The notes below the pieces were generated by a model, which made no database searches, was not told where the DNA came from, and saw nothing but the letters and a program-made list of their open reading frames with translations. This document shows positions 36,627 through 53,166 of a DNA stretch of 64,000 bases, in pieces. The stretch covers positions 1,667 through 65,666 of IMG/VR virus record IMGVR_UViG_3300030106_006201; one strand, written 5' to 3'. The position numbers were made by a program, and so were the translations under genes. The stretch's first letter is position 1. Every line of letters starts with the position of its first letter. This DNA is from a virus (lineage: Duplodnaviria; Caudoviricetes).

Positions 36627-37697
36627 ATGTCGTACGCTCCCGTTCTGGGCACCCGCCTTCGAGTGAGCAAGGTGGACAACTGCGGCAAGCCCATTCAGGG
36701 CGCCAAGAATCGGCTCGTCACCGAAGGTTTCGTGCGGGTCGCCCTGACCCCCAACCAGCGCCAGGCCAACGAGCTGGAACAGAACAACGCCGCCGGCAAG
36801 GTGTGCGTGTCGCGCCGCACCCCGCCCGAACGGAAGTGGTGGGACATCGAAGCCGAGTTCTGCGACGTGGACTCCGAGCTGTGGACGCTGCTCACCGGGT
36901 GGAGCCAGGAGCTGGGCTGGGATGATTCCCCGATCGGTGTTCGCGACCAGGCCGAGGTCAGTGACCGGTTCGGTGTGGCGATGGAGGTGTGGACCGACAT
37001 CGGCTCCGACGACGAATGCGACATCCCCACCGACGACGCCGAGTTCTCGGCGAACGCGTCCGGGGAGCTGTACGGCTACACGTTTTTCTGCGCGAAAGAG
37101 TTCGTGCTGGGCGCCATCAACATCGCTGAGGCGATCTCCACGTTCACCCTGTCCGGGATCACGATGAACTGCCGCAAGTGGGGCCGCGGCCCGTACAACG
37201 TGGTGGGCACGGACGCGGCGCACACCCCGGGCCGCCTGCTGACGCCGACCACGGCGAAAGAACACATCATCATGTTCGAGACGGCGGTCCCGCCGCCGGA
37301 CGCGACGAACGGCGCCTGCGAGCTGGCGGTGCAGTCGATTTTCACCGACGCCACCCCGCCCGTCGACTACTACGGTTCGTCCGCGGCGGCGGTCGCGCCG
37401 CTGCAGCCGATCTGCGACGGCACCGCCTACACGGTGACGGTGACCGGCTCCCCGACTGGCGGCACGTTCACCCTGTCGGTGGCCGGAGACGAGACCGGCG
37501 ACATTGCCTACGACGCGGACGCCGACGATGTCCGGGCCGCGCTGGAGGCGTTGGCGACGGTGAACATCGGGCAGGTGACGGTGTCGGGTGCCGGCCCGTT
37601 CACGGTGACGCTGTCCCCGGAGCTGGGGGCGCTGTCCGCGGACGGCTCCGGTCTGACGGGCGGCACCGATCCCGACGTGACCGTGGTGGCTGTCTAA
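36627..37697 (+). CDS. major tail protein with C-terminal Ig-like extension
   Basis: G.RLRV.KVDNCG.P, WGRGPYNV; GGAGAGG SD. Confidence 0.85.
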   Translation: MSYAPVLGTRLRVSKVDNCGKPIQGAKNRLVTEGFVRVALTPNQRQANELEQNNAAGKVCVSRRTPPERKWWDIEAEFCDVDSELWTLLTGWSQELGWDDSPIGVRDQAEVSDRFGVAMEVWTDIGSDDECDIPTDDAEFSANASGELYGYTFFCAKEFVLGAINIAEAISTFTLSGITMNCRKWGRGPYNVVGTDAAHTPGRLLTPTTAKEHIIMFETAVPPPDATNGACELAVQSIFTDATPPVDYYGSSAAAVAPLQPICDGTAYTVTVTGSPTGGTFTLSVAGDETGDIAYDADADDVRAALEALATVNIGQVTVSGAGPFTVTLSPELGALSADGSGLTGGTDPDVTVVAV

Positions 37698-37700
37698 GCC

Positions 37701-37829
37701 GTGTGGCTTGAGGTGGCGGCGTGCGCCGCGGCCGTGGCCCTGGTGTTGGGGGCGGTCGCGGCGGTCGCCGTTGTGGCGGACCGTTTCGAGGTCAACCTGT
37801 TCGGTGTGGATGACGGGTCGGGATGGTGA
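37701..37829 (+). CDS. small membrane protein (42 aa)
   Basis: MWLEVAACAAAVALVLGAVAAVAVV. Confidence 0.5.
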   Translation: MWLEVAACAAAVALVLGAVAAVAVVADRFEVNLFGVDDGSGW

Positions 37830-38395
37830 GTCACGCGGTGTTGACGCTGCGCGGCCTGGATATGGGCCGCGACGACCGGATGGGCGACTTCTGCTGCGGC
37901 TACGCCCGCACGGATGGGCGTACGCAGGTGCCGGTGGATTACGGCGACAGCCTGTTCGACTCGTACATGCTGGGTGCTGACCTGCTCGATGAGGCGGTGT
38001 CGGGTGCGCTGCGCCAGTTCGAGCACGTGACGGTGATGGGGCATTCGAAGGGCGCGGTGGTGGCCGGTTTGTGGCTGGGCGACGCCGACCCCGACCCGGC
38101 CCGGGTTGATCTGGTCCTGTTGGGCAACCCGGGGCGTCGGCTCGGCGGTGACGGGCCAAGCTGGCAGCGCACCCCGGACAACACTGGTGTTCGGGTGCGG
38201 GATGTGGCGCGCCGCTGGGACGGGCACGCCAACGGCGACAACTGGCCGGACCGGCCGGGGGCGTTCCTGTCGCGGACCCGGCTGTGGCTGGGCTCGCTAG
38301 GCGGGGCGCACCGCGACTACGAGCAGGTGGACCTGTCGGGGCCGCTGATGCTGCGCGAACAGGCTGGCGGCACCGCCTACCTGGTGGCCGACTGA
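37826..38395 (+). CDS. PE-PPE/cutinase-like serine hydrolase
   Basis: GHSKG, LLGNPGR, WDG...D.WP, H.DY. Confidence 0.7.
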   Translation: MSHAVLTLRGLDMGRDDRMGDFCCGYARTDGRTQVPVDYGDSLFDSYMLGADLLDEAVSGALRQFEHVTVMGHSKGAVVAGLWLGDADPDPARVDLVLLGNPGRRLGGDGPSWQRTPDNTGVRVRDVARRWDGHANGDNWPDRPGAFLSRTRLWLGSLGGAHRDYEQVDLSGPLMLREQAGGTAYLVAD

Positions 38396-38422
38396 AACAC
38401 CCGGCGGCGCTACCGTAATCGC

Positions 38423-39214
38423 ATGGCCTGCGAATGGGAGATCGACCGCTCCTGCTACACGGTCACCCTGCCTGCGCTCGGCGACACCCCCACCGCCGAC
38501 GAGCAGGCCGCCTACGACGCGGCCCTGGCGAAACAGAACGACGCCGAAGACCTGGCCGTGCACGTGCTGTGGGCGCTGTCCGGGCGCCAGTTCGGCATCT
38601 GCGACGCCACCGCCCGGCCCTGCCCGCCGTCGTGGTGGGCGCTCACCCCGCTCTCGCCGCTCCACGACTTCCGCGCATCCGGGGTGCCCGTGTTCTGGGG
38701 CGGCACCTGGGTCAACCTCGGCTGCGGATGCGTCGGCGCCTGCCGCGTTGAAGGCCCGCGAGTCGTGCACCTGCCAGGCCCCGTCGCGGCCCCCACCGAG
38801 CAGAACCCCCTCGTCGTCACCATCGCCGGGCAGGTGCTCGCCGACAGCGAATACCAGCTGGAGGGCGATGCCCTGTACCGGCGCGGCGGCCAGCGCTGGC
38901 CTTCGCAAGACCTGTCCAAGCCGCTCGGCGAGCCCGGCACATGGTCGGTGGAGTACCGGCGGGGCCTGCCACTGCCTCCCGGGGTGCCCCGCCTGGCCGG
39001 GGCGCTGGCCAACGAATTCATCAACGCCGCCTGCGGCGACACCGACGCCTGCCGCATCCCGATCACAGTCCGCGAAATGACCGGCCGCGGCGGAAGCTTC
39101 AACTTCGACCCGTCGTTCTTTCTCGACAAGGGGCGCACTGGACTGGTCGAGGTGGACCGCTGGCTGGCGTCTGTCAACCCGTCCGGGCTTGCTGAGCGTG
39201 CGAGCGTGATGTGA
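38423..39214 (+). CDS. head-to-tail adaptor
   Basis: LWALSGRQFGIC...RPC; position. Confidence 0.7.
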   Translation: MACEWEIDRSCYTVTLPALGDTPTADEQAAYDAALAKQNDAEDLAVHVLWALSGRQFGICDATARPCPPSWWALTPLSPLHDFRASGVPVFWGGTWVNLGCGCVGACRVEGPRVVHLPGPVAAPTEQNPLVVTIAGQVLADSEYQLEGDALYRRGGQRWPSQDLSKPLGEPGTWSVEYRRGLPLPPGVPRLAGALANEFINAACGDTDACRIPITVREMTGRGGSFNFDPSFFLDKGRTGLVEVDRWLASVNPSGLAERASVM

Positions 39215-39732
39215 GCTGCATCGACCCCGCGAACGAGGTGGTGGCCGCCGCCATCGAGGCGCTGGCCCGACACTTCGACCCCGACCAGGAATGCCCGCCG
39301 GTGGGCGGCGGATCAACCGAGGTCAGGTTCATCCCCGGCGACGGCGAAATCCCGATATGGGTGTGTGACGGGCCGCTGTTGACGGTGCGGGTTGTGCAGC
39401 GCTACCGGTCGACCGCCGCCGAGTTCCCTGAGCCGCTGAAAGAGTCGGTGGCGCGCTGCGCGTCGGGCGCGTTCCCGGCGGTGGCGGTCGAGTTGGCGGT
39501 GACGCGGTGCAGCGTGATCGGGCGCGAAGCGAAGCCGTCGTGGTCGAAGATCGCCGCCGAGGCCGGGGCGTCGCTCGATGATTCGTGGCGCATCGAGAAG
39601 GCGCTGTGCGACATGCGGCGGCTGAGAACGAAATCGCGGGCGGTCAACACCGATAACGTGACACCGAGTGGACCCGAGGGCGGGTTTTTGACGTGGGCGG
39701 GCTTCGCCTACGTTCAGATCGTGAAGGGATGA
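39211..39732 (+). CDS. tail/neck protein
   Basis: GPEGG motif; position. Confidence 0.55.
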   Translation: MSCIDPANEVVAAAIEALARHFDPDQECPPVGGGSTEVRFIPGDGEIPIWVCDGPLLTVRVVQRYRSTAAEFPEPLKESVARCASGAFPAVAVELAVTRCSVIGREAKPSWSKIAAEAGASLDDSWRIEKALCDMRRLRTKSRAVNTDNVTPSGPEGGFLTWAGFAYVQIVKG

Positions 39733-39736
39733 TCAG

Positions 39737-40102
39737 ATGCCGAAGGTGACTGTCAGGGGTTCGGTGACGCCGTGCGTGGACCTGCCGACCGGCGAGATAC
39801 GGGTGTACGAGCTGACCGACCAGGTGCGGCGCCGCATCAAGGGCGGCTTCTACGACCTGGTGTCAGGCGACCTCGACGCCGCCGATCCGGCAAGTAGCCC
39901 GGACAGCGGGCCCAGCGCCGACCAGCACGAACCCGACGACGAGCCGGATCCTCACCTTGAGGCGGCGTGGCCCGAGCCAGCCGGGAACGCGTCTCGCGCC
40001 GACTGGGCGGCGTTCCTGACCGCGCGCGGCGTGACTGTTCCCGACGACGCGGGCCGAGACGACCTGCGCGAAATCTGGCAGCAAGTCGATGGCGGGAGCT
40101 GA
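39737..40102 (+). CDS. hypothetical structural protein
   Basis: PAGNASRADWAAF...RDDL. Confidence 0.55.
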   Translation: MPKVTVRGSVTPCVDLPTGEIRVYELTDQVRRRIKGGFYDLVSGDLDAADPASSPDSGPSADQHEPDDEPDPHLEAAWPEPAGNASRADWAAFLTARGVTVPDDAGRDDLREIWQQVDGGS

Positions 40103-40490
40103 CGCCCGCGTCGAAATCTACGACGCGGAACTGAACCGGCAGCTGCGGGTGATCGGCGCCCGCAAAATGCGGTCGTGGCAGAGGCAAACCGCCACGCAGG
40201 CCAAGGTGACCGTCCCAGTCCGCACCGGCAACCTGGGCCGCCAGCACCGGGAGGGCCGGGTGACGCATTCGGCGGCCCGCGACACGCACGGCTCGGTACA
40301 CAACGACGCCGACTACGCCCTGTACGTGCACGAGGGGACGCGCCCGCACGTGATCCGGCCCCGGTTCCGGCAGGCGCTGCGTTTCCAGGTGGGCGGCTCG
40401 ACGGTGTTCGCGCGGCGGGTGAATCATCCCGGCACGCGGGGCAGGCCGTGGCTGCGGAACGCGGCGACGCGGGTAGCATCACGGCTGTAG
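40089..40490 (+). CDS. HK97 gp10-like tail component
   Basis: PVRTGNL...YALYVHEGT.PH.I...V.HPGT. Confidence 0.75.
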   Translation: MAGADARVEIYDAELNRQLRVIGARKMRSWQRQTATQAKVTVPVRTGNLGRQHREGRVTHSAARDTHGSVHNDADYALYVHEGTRPHVIRPRFRQALRFQVGGSTVFARRVNHPGTRGRPWLRNAATRVASRL

Positions 40491-40518
40491 CGCGCCCTCG
40501 GAAAGGAACCCTCGGAAC

Positions 40519-41100
40519 ATGACGACACCCCAACAGCCCGCGGCACCCGTGGCCGCCCCCCCGCCGCAGCCGGCGGGCCAGTGGCAGGCCGACGAGAGCC
40601 AGGTGGTCAGCCCCGCCGGCCAAACTTTCGAGGTCATCGACCCCACCCCCGAACCGGCGCCTGAGCCCGGCCCGACAGCCGCCCCGCCCGAGCAGCCCAC
40701 ACCCGCCACTGAGGCCGCCGAGCCCGGGGCTGAGGCCGAGCCGGAACCGGAGTGGGTGGACCCCGACAGCGACTGGCCGCACCAGTGGCTCGACTTCCAC
40801 GGCGACCGCCTCGCCGTGCGCCTCCCCCAAGCAGCCCAAATCCTCGGCCTGCAATACGCCGTCAAAACCGGACGCTCCGAGGAATACCTGCTGGAGCGGA
40901 TGAACAAATTCCTCACCAACCAGATCGCCCCCGCCAGCTACGAACGGTTCCTCGACCGCATGCAAGACCCCGACGGCGGCTACGGCGCCGGGATCACCTG
41001 GGAGCTGATCAACGAACTCAGCAAGCTTTCCTCCGAGCAGGTGCAGGCCGAGACGGTGGCCGCCGCCGAAGCCGTCACCACGCAGGCAGGCGGCGCGTAA
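40519..41100 (+). CDS. tail assembly chaperone
   Basis: Directly upstream of the tape measure gene. Confidence 0.6.
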   Translation: MTTPQQPAAPVAAPPPQPAGQWQADESQVVSPAGQTFEVIDPTPEPAPEPGPTAAPPEQPTPATEAAEPGAEAEPEPEWVDPDSDWPHQWLDFHGDRLAVRLPQAAQILGLQYAVKTGRSEEYLLERMNKFLTNQIAPASYERFLDRMQDPDGGYGAGITWELINELSKLSSEQVQAETVAAAEAVTTQAGGA

Positions 41101-41128
41101 CCGCCGCGGTCACACGCAGCAGCTTTAA

Positions 41129-47125
<5,997 letters not shown>

Positions 47126-47128
47126 CCG

Positions 47129-48697
47129 ATGTTCCGGTCGTGGATCACGCTGAACGGGGTGGAGATCGCGAACTCGTCGCGCCTGGTCGCCCACCTGGGC
47201 ACCGAACCGCCCACCTCCGATCTGGGCATGTTCGGCAACGACGGCGTCGACCCGGCCGTCCTGGTGGAGGATCCGCCCGGTTCGGGCCTGTATGTGCCCG
47301 AAACGGTTGAATCCGGCGAGCTGCTGTACGACCTCGACCCGGCGCAGACACCCGACGAGGACGGCCTGTACCCGCTGATCCTGCCCGAATGCGGACTGGC
47401 CGAATCCGCCGAGCATGTCGGGCTGTACGAGATTCCCGACTCGTCGACCGAGGTTCGGCCCGGCCTGTACAGCCCCCCAGACGGGGCTCGCCGGTACGGG
47501 CCGGGCCTGATGCAGGTCGACGGGCTGTGCTGGGGGCAGGTCGACCTGTGCAGCGACTGCGCCGACCTGGTCGCATACGACGACACGTGGCCGGGCCTGC
47601 GCGAATTCCTGGGCGACACGGAGTACCGGCCCGAGCTGGCGCCCTGGTACACGGTGGAAATCCCCGAGTCGGGCGAGTTCGGCGGGGTGTGGATCATGTC
47701 GGTGACGGGGTGGGGTCCGCCACCAGTGTCGCGGCCGGTCACCGAAATGGTGGGGGCCGGGGCGGTGGCCGGGCCGCACCGCGACCCGTCGCGGACCCTG
47801 TCATTCGAAGCGCTGCTGATCGGCTGCACCAACGCGGGCGTCAACTACGGGCTGGAATGGCTGGCGTGCCTTCTGCGCGACACCACCGGGGTCACCGACA
47901 GTGTGCTGCGCTACCTGGCGGCGTCGCCGCAGGGCTCGTCGGCGGACCCGGCCAGTTTGTTGCGGGAGGCGCACGGCGCGGTCCTGACCGACGGGCCGCG
48001 CGTCACGCAGGAGTTCGTCACCGTCGACGGGCAAAACTTGCAGGCCAACGTGTACCGGGTGGCGTTCGACCTGACGCTGCTGTCGCCGTACGCGTGGCTG
48101 CCCGAGGTGACGTTGCCGGTCGACTGGGACGAGATCGCCCGCCAGCCCGTCAACTGGGTGCACGCCGCGGACTGCGAGAAACCCGAGACGTGCCTGGACA
48201 TGCCGGTGCTGTTCTCCACCGAATGCGTGCCCGAAGAGATCGAGGTGGTGACCACAGCCCCGCCGGTGTGCGGCGGCTGCGTGCCCGTCGCCGAAATCGA
48301 CAAGTACAGCTTCCGGGTGCCCACCATGGATTACGCGTTCCGCTGCCGCAACACGGCGGTGACGCTGCGCATCCGCAACCTGGGCGAATCGCCGCTCACC
48401 TTGCAGGCGTTTTGGCGGGTGTGCGGCACCGATGTGCGCTGCGAAGACAACCGGTTCCCCCTGCAGGTGTCGGGGCTGCCGCCGGCGTCGGAGCTGGTGT
48501 TGGACGGCATCACCGGCACCTACTGGGCGGTGTATGACGGGCGGGAGCATCGGGTGGTGGGGGTGGTGGGCACCCCGAACGGGGCGCCGTGGATTCCGCC
48601 CGACATTGACCGACGCACCTGCTGGGATTTCATTGTGCAAACCGCGGCGTCCAGCACGTTCGAGGTGACGATGACGTTGACGGACCGGGCGACCTGA
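47129..48697 (+). CDS. minor tail protein
   Basis: First gene after the tape measure gene. Confidence 0.75.
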   Translation: MFRSWITLNGVEIANSSRLVAHLGTEPPTSDLGMFGNDGVDPAVLVEDPPGSGLYVPETVESGELLYDLDPAQTPDEDGLYPLILPECGLAESAEHVGLYEIPDSSTEVRPGLYSPPDGARRYGPGLMQVDGLCWGQVDLCSDCADLVAYDDTWPGLREFLGDTEYRPELAPWYTVEIPESGEFGGVWIMSVTGWGPPPVSRPVTEMVGAGAVAGPHRDPSRTLSFEALLIGCTNAGVNYGLEWLACLLRDTTGVTDSVLRYLAASPQGSSADPASLLREAHGAVLTDGPRVTQEFVTVDGQNLQANVYRVAFDLTLLSPYAWLPEVTLPVDWDEIARQPVNWVHAADCEKPETCLDMPVLFSTECVPEEIEVVTTAPPVCGGCVPVAEIDKYSFRVPTMDYAFRCRNTAVTLRIRNLGESPLTLQAFWRVCGTDVRCEDNRFPLQVSGLPPASELVLDGITGTYWAVYDGREHRVVGVVGTPNGAPWIPPDIDRRTCWDFIVQTAASSTFEVTMTLTDRAT

Positions 48698-48698
48698 C

Positions 48699-49778
48699 AT
48701 GCCGGTTGTCGACGACCACCAGCTGGTGTCGCTGCGTACTGTCGGCGGCACCGCCATCACCGGGTTCACGTCGTCGCGGCAGGTGGATGTGACGTGGTCG
48801 TGGGAGCAGCGGCAAACCACCACCTGCAAGGTGACGGTGGAGTCGCCGCTGGCGCGGCGCACCATGCCGCCCTACCAGGAGATTTTTCCGGGCCTGCACT
48901 GGCTGGACGTGTGGGCGTCGAATCAGCAGCAGCGCTACTGGTCGGGGCCGGTGCTGTGGTCCGACGGGGACGATGAAACCCTGATTTTGCACGCCGCGGA
49001 CCCGTCGTTCCTCATGTCGAAAACCAGGGTGCCGGTCACGAAGCGGTGGGATGCCGCCGACCCGGCCCGCATCGCCTCCGAGCTGTGGGACGCGCTGTGC
49101 GAGCAGCACGGCATCACCGCCCCCGCCTTGGTGCGCGACGACCCCCGCAACGGGGTGTTCGACTTCTCCACCACCGGGGAGCTGGCCGGCACCGAACTGG
49201 TGTCGGACGCGTTCGCCCGGCTGGTCGACACGTGCGGCCTGTACTGGACGTTCGTTGCGGGCCGACCAGTGTTCGGACCGGCCCCGTTCGAGGCGATCAC
49301 CACGCTCGGCGTCAACGATTTCATCGGGAAGGGTCTGCGGCTGCGGCGCGACGCGTCGCAGGCCGTCAACGACCTGGTGGTGCGCGGCGCGGACGCGTTG
49401 GCGTGGGCGCGCGCCGACATGGGCGGCCTGAACTGGCAGGGCATCCGCAACATCGACAAGGTGACCGGGGTGGGCAATGTGCGGCGCGCCGCGCACGACG
49501 CGGTGGCCTATTCGGCGGCGGTCCGCACGATCGTCACCACCCCGGAGGGCGGGGCGACGCTGTCGCCGGCCGCGCCGCTGCGCATCGAGCAGCTGGTTCC
49601 GTCGACCCGCCTGGGCATCGAGGCGTACGGGGCTCAGGCCACGGTGGAGGTGTCGCGGGTGACGGTGGCGCTGCGCCAGGACGACGTGTCGACGTCGGTG
49701 AAGTTGGAGTCGGTCAACGATGATGTGCCGGAGCTGTTGACGATCGACGAGGTCAGCGGGGGCGGGGGTGCGGTGTGA
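48699..49778 (+). CDS. minor tail protein
   Basis: Position; WSGPV. Confidence 0.75.
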   Translation: MPVVDDHQLVSLRTVGGTAITGFTSSRQVDVTWSWEQRQTTTCKVTVESPLARRTMPPYQEIFPGLHWLDVWASNQQQRYWSGPVLWSDGDDETLILHAADPSFLMSKTRVPVTKRWDAADPARIASELWDALCEQHGITAPALVRDDPRNGVFDFSTTGELAGTELVSDAFARLVDTCGLYWTFVAGRPVFGPAPFEAITTLGVNDFIGKGLRLRRDASQAVNDLVVRGADALAWARADMGGLNWQGIRNIDKVTGVGNVRRAAHDAVAYSAAVRTIVTTPEGGATLSPAAPLRIEQLVPSTRLGIEAYGAQATVEVSRVTVALRQDDVSTSVKLESVNDDVPELLTIDEVSGGGGAV

Positions 49779-50449
49779 ACGAGAACCGGCAGACGAACAC
49801 GACGGCTGCGGAGTGGGCGCGCAACGTTTCGCGCCGCCAGGACCGGGCCGAGGCGTCGGACACGATGAGGTTCGGCAAGTGGGTGCAGCGCGAAGACCCG
49901 GAGACGGGGGATGTGTGGTTGACCGCGCCGGGACGCGAGCCGCACCTGCTGACCCCGGCCCCGCCCGACGATGACGCTGCGCTGGGGGTGTCGACGGCGC
50001 CGCTGTTCGCGGCGGCCCGCACCGACACCGACGCGGCGAACGCGTCGTCGGGGTTCAACCCGATGCCCGCCGACTGGTATGACGAACCTGAGTCGCTGCC
50101 CGGCTACTGGTCGTGGGATTCGGCGTCGAACACGCTGACCGTGGACACGGCGCAGCGGCTGCGGGTGCAGCTCGGGCAGGCCATCAACCCCAGCCTGATC
50201 GGGGATCGCAGCTTTCACCCGGTCGTGCTGCTCAACGGCACCGAGCACCGGGTTGGGCAGGTCGCCCCGTTCGACGATCAGCTCGCCTCGGGGCTGTTCC
50301 ATCTGCATTTCGTGGTGGAGTTCAACGTGGCCGCCAACGACGGCATCGCCCCCGGCTACCACTGCACCTCGTCGCCGGCCGGGGCGTTGACCGCCGACGT
50401 GGACGGGCTGTACACGCGCTTCGAGGTGACCAGCGTTTTCGCGCTGTGA
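49775..50449 (+). CDS. minor tail protein
   Basis: Position, coupled. Confidence 0.65.
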   Translation: MNENRQTNTTAAEWARNVSRRQDRAEASDTMRFGKWVQREDPETGDVWLTAPGREPHLLTPAPPDDDAALGVSTAPLFAAARTDTDAANASSGFNPMPADWYDEPESLPGYWSWDSASNTLTVDTAQRLRVQLGQAINPSLIGDRSFHPVVLLNGTEHRVGQVAPFDDQLASGLFHLHFVVEFNVAANDGIAPGYHCTSSPAGALTADVDGLYTRFEVTSVFAL

Positions 50450-50480
50450 CGCGCGCAGCAGCAGCCGATAGGCTGGCCAG

Positions 50481-51116
50481 GTGGCGTACCTGGAGTACAC
50501 CGAGCCCAATGTGTGCATCGGCGAGAACCTCACCACCGATGAGGCCGGCCAGCTGCTGCTGCAGCCGCACAGTGTGCCGCGCCCCGTCGTGGATGTGCGT
50601 GCCGCCGCCGCCGGTGACGGCACCGTGTATTCCACCACCGCCCTGCCGGGCAAGCTGCTGATCGACAGGCAGATCAGCCACCGCAACGACACCCCGCTCG
50701 AGCAGCAGATGTTTCTGCGGGTCACCAGGGCGTCGCGGTCGCTGATCACGTCGAATCCGAACGCTATACAGTTCCGGGACCGGTGGACGTACGCGGTGGA
50801 CGCCGAGCCGGAGCTGCCGAACCCGACCGGCTATTTCAACGGCAAGTCCGGGGCAGCGCTCGATGTGGGCACCAACTCGGTGGCTGAGCCGAATCCGGGG
50901 GTGCTGTGGTATTGGTCGCCGACCAACAGCATCGACGAGTGGCTGGACCCGCTGGAGCCGGGGCAGCAGATCCGGGTGTGGTACCGCTGCTATGTGTGGA
51001 CGCCGGACCCGTGGAGCGATAACGCGAACAAAAACAATCCGGTGCATGATGCGCGGGCGAATTGGGCGCGGCTGCAATTGTGGCTGTACCCGCAAGTAGG
51101 GGAGCTGATTCGATGA
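50481..51116 (+). CDS. minor tail protein
   Basis: TAGGCT-N6-GTG; resembles the next two genes. Confidence 0.65.
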   Translation: MAYLEYTEPNVCIGENLTTDEAGQLLLQPHSVPRPVVDVRAAAAGDGTVYSTTALPGKLLIDRQISHRNDTPLEQQMFLRVTRASRSLITSNPNAIQFRDRWTYAVDAEPELPNPTGYFNGKSGAALDVGTNSVAEPNPGVLWYWSPTNSIDEWLDPLEPGQQIRVWYRCYVWTPDPWSDNANKNNPVHDARANWARLQLWLYPQVGELIR

Positions 51117-51243
51117 GGGAGAACATGGGTCCGGGGCAGCCGGTGCGCCCGGCGGTGTGCCGGGATTGCGGGGCGTCGATCCGCGCCGACGGCACCGGTC
51201 ACCAGCTGCGCCAACTGGACGCCAGCCACAAGGCGCGGCCCTG

Positions 51244-51852
51244 ATGAGCATCAAGGTTTGCACATCCGAGAATCTGCTTTCCACGGTGGACGGCATGGAC
51301 ATGCGCCACACCTGGTTTCCCCGCAAGGTCGCCGAGGCGTTCCTCGAATCGGTGAAAGACGGCGAAATTTCGCGCTCCCCCGACCCGGTCACCATGATCA
51401 GCGGCGACCTCACCTGGTACAACGCCAACCCGGCCGCGCAGCACGTGCTGGTTCAGGTGATCCGGGCGCCCCGCGACCTGGTCGCCCAATCCCCGGCCAC
51501 CGTCGTCATCCACGACGCGTGGACCCACCGGGTGGGGGTGAACCCGTCAGCGGACTACCCGTCAGTAATGCAGGACAGTTTCGGCGGCAAAGCGCAGATC
51601 GACCGGCCCGAAACGGAAGCCGACAAGTTGGCCTACGGCCGGCTGTTCCTGGACGGTGACTCGTCGCAGGTGTGGGTGGATGTGGGTGTGGTGGGGTCGC
51701 GGGAGTCGCTGCACTTCCGGTACCTGTGCGCGGTGCAAACGCCGGGCACGTGGCGCACCCCCACCGAGTTCGAACCGCGCTGGGAGGCCCGCGCCTACTG
51801 GACACGGCTGGCCGCGATAGCGCGGCCGGCGTTGGGCTTGGCGGCGGCGTGA
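51244..51852 (+). CDS. minor tail protein
   Basis: VCTSENL N-terminus. Confidence 0.65.
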   Translation: MSIKVCTSENLLSTVDGMDMRHTWFPRKVAEAFLESVKDGEISRSPDPVTMISGDLTWYNANPAAQHVLVQVIRAPRDLVAQSPATVVIHDAWTHRVGVNPSADYPSVMQDSFGGKAQIDRPETEADKLAYGRLFLDGDSSQVWVDVGVVGSRESLHFRYLCAVQTPGTWRTPTEFEPRWEARAYWTRLAAIARPALGLAAA

Positions 51853-53156
51853 GCGACCATTTCTCGATCATCGACGGGGCGATCACCCCGGCGTCGTGGA
51901 TGCAGGAACGGCTGGTGGCGGCGTCGGCGGCGCTGTCAGTGTCCCACCAGTACGCCGTGTCGGGTGGCGGCAACAAAAACGACCTGGTGCAGACGGTGGT
52001 GGCGTCGTGGACGAACGACAGCGACACCGCGCAGTGGGTGCACGGCATCGTGACCCGCGGCTCCACCGATGTCACGTTGCAGGCCCGCTCCCGCGGCTAC
52101 TTGTCCGACCGGCACGCCGTGCTGGTCACCGCCACCCCCAGCCCGGCGCCGGTGGCCGCCGACTACGACATGGTGGAGGTGTCCCGCGCCGGGGGCGGCA
52201 TGGATGTCGGTAAGGGCGGCTCGCTGGGCGTCGGAACCGGGTTCGCGGTGGCGAAAGCGCGGTCCTCGTCCACGTCGACGCCGCTGATGCCGCACTCGCC
52301 CGGCATGTACCGCGTCGAGCCCGGCGAAACGATCTGGGGGCGCGTCGATGTGCGGTTCATCTCCGAGTTCTGGGAGAACACCAGCATCGACGGCGGCTCG
52401 TCGTCGACCGAGTCGTCGTTCATTTCGGGGACGACCCGCATCGACCTGTACGCCATCCCGGCGATCGTGGACCCCGGCCCGCGGCCCACCCCGACCGTGG
52501 TGGGTGTCGAACACGACATCGAGGTGTCGGGCCTGCTGGGGGAGGTTCCCACCGAGGTTGATGTGCCCGCCGGGGTCGCCGAGGGTGACGTGATCGTGGC
52601 GGCCACGTTCAACCAGTGGGGCCTGTTCGGCGACATCGACCCGGTGGAGCCGGGATGGACTTTGGTGCACGGCCGCGACGCCGGCTGGCAGAACACGCAC
52701 GCAAAAATCTGGCTGCGCTCAGCCAGCGCTGACGAGCCGGACACCTACAGTTTCACCAACGCGCTGGTCGCCGAGCAGGTCACGTTCCTGATCGTGCTGC
52801 GTGACGCGTCGCTGCTGCTCGACGACGGCTGGTTCATCGCGTCGAACCTGCGGAAATACTTTTGGGAGCGCGACGAGGGTCACGTGTGCCCGTCGATCGA
52901 CCGGGCGGGCGGCCTGCTGCTGTGCTTCTCCTACTTCGCGCACGCCCTGGGCCAGTCCCCGATCACGCAGCAGCCCCCGGACGGGATGACCGAGCTGGCC
53001 GATGTGCCGGGCGTGGCGTCGACGTGCGCGGTGGCGGTGCTGGCCGACCCGCCGAAACCGACCGGTGAGCGCGCGTTCACTCCGTCGAAGGAGCCGCAAA
53101 CTATCACGCGGTCGATCACGGTGACTATGCTGGTTCCTGGCACCCGACCTGCATAG
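51849..53156 (+). CDS. minor tail protein
   Basis: GTGA-coupled; VPAGVAEGDVIV...GWTL domain. Confidence 0.7.
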   Translation: MSDHFSIIDGAITPASWMQERLVAASAALSVSHQYAVSGGGNKNDLVQTVVASWTNDSDTAQWVHGIVTRGSTDVTLQARSRGYLSDRHAVLVTATPSPAPVAADYDMVEVSRAGGGMDVGKGGSLGVGTGFAVAKARSSSTSTPLMPHSPGMYRVEPGETIWGRVDVRFISEFWENTSIDGGSSSTESSFISGTTRIDLYAIPAIVDPGPRPTPTVVGVEHDIEVSGLLGEVPTEVDVPAGVAEGDVIVAATFNQWGLFGDIDPVEPGWTLVHGRDAGWQNTHAKIWLRSASADEPDTYSFTNALVAEQVTFLIVLRDASLLLDDGWFIASNLRKYFWERDEGHVCPSIDRAGGLLLCFSYFAHALGQSPITQQPPDGMTELADVPGVASTCAVAVLADPPKPTGERAFTPSKEPQTITRSITVTMLVPGTRPA

Positions 53157-53166
53157 GAGCCCGCCG

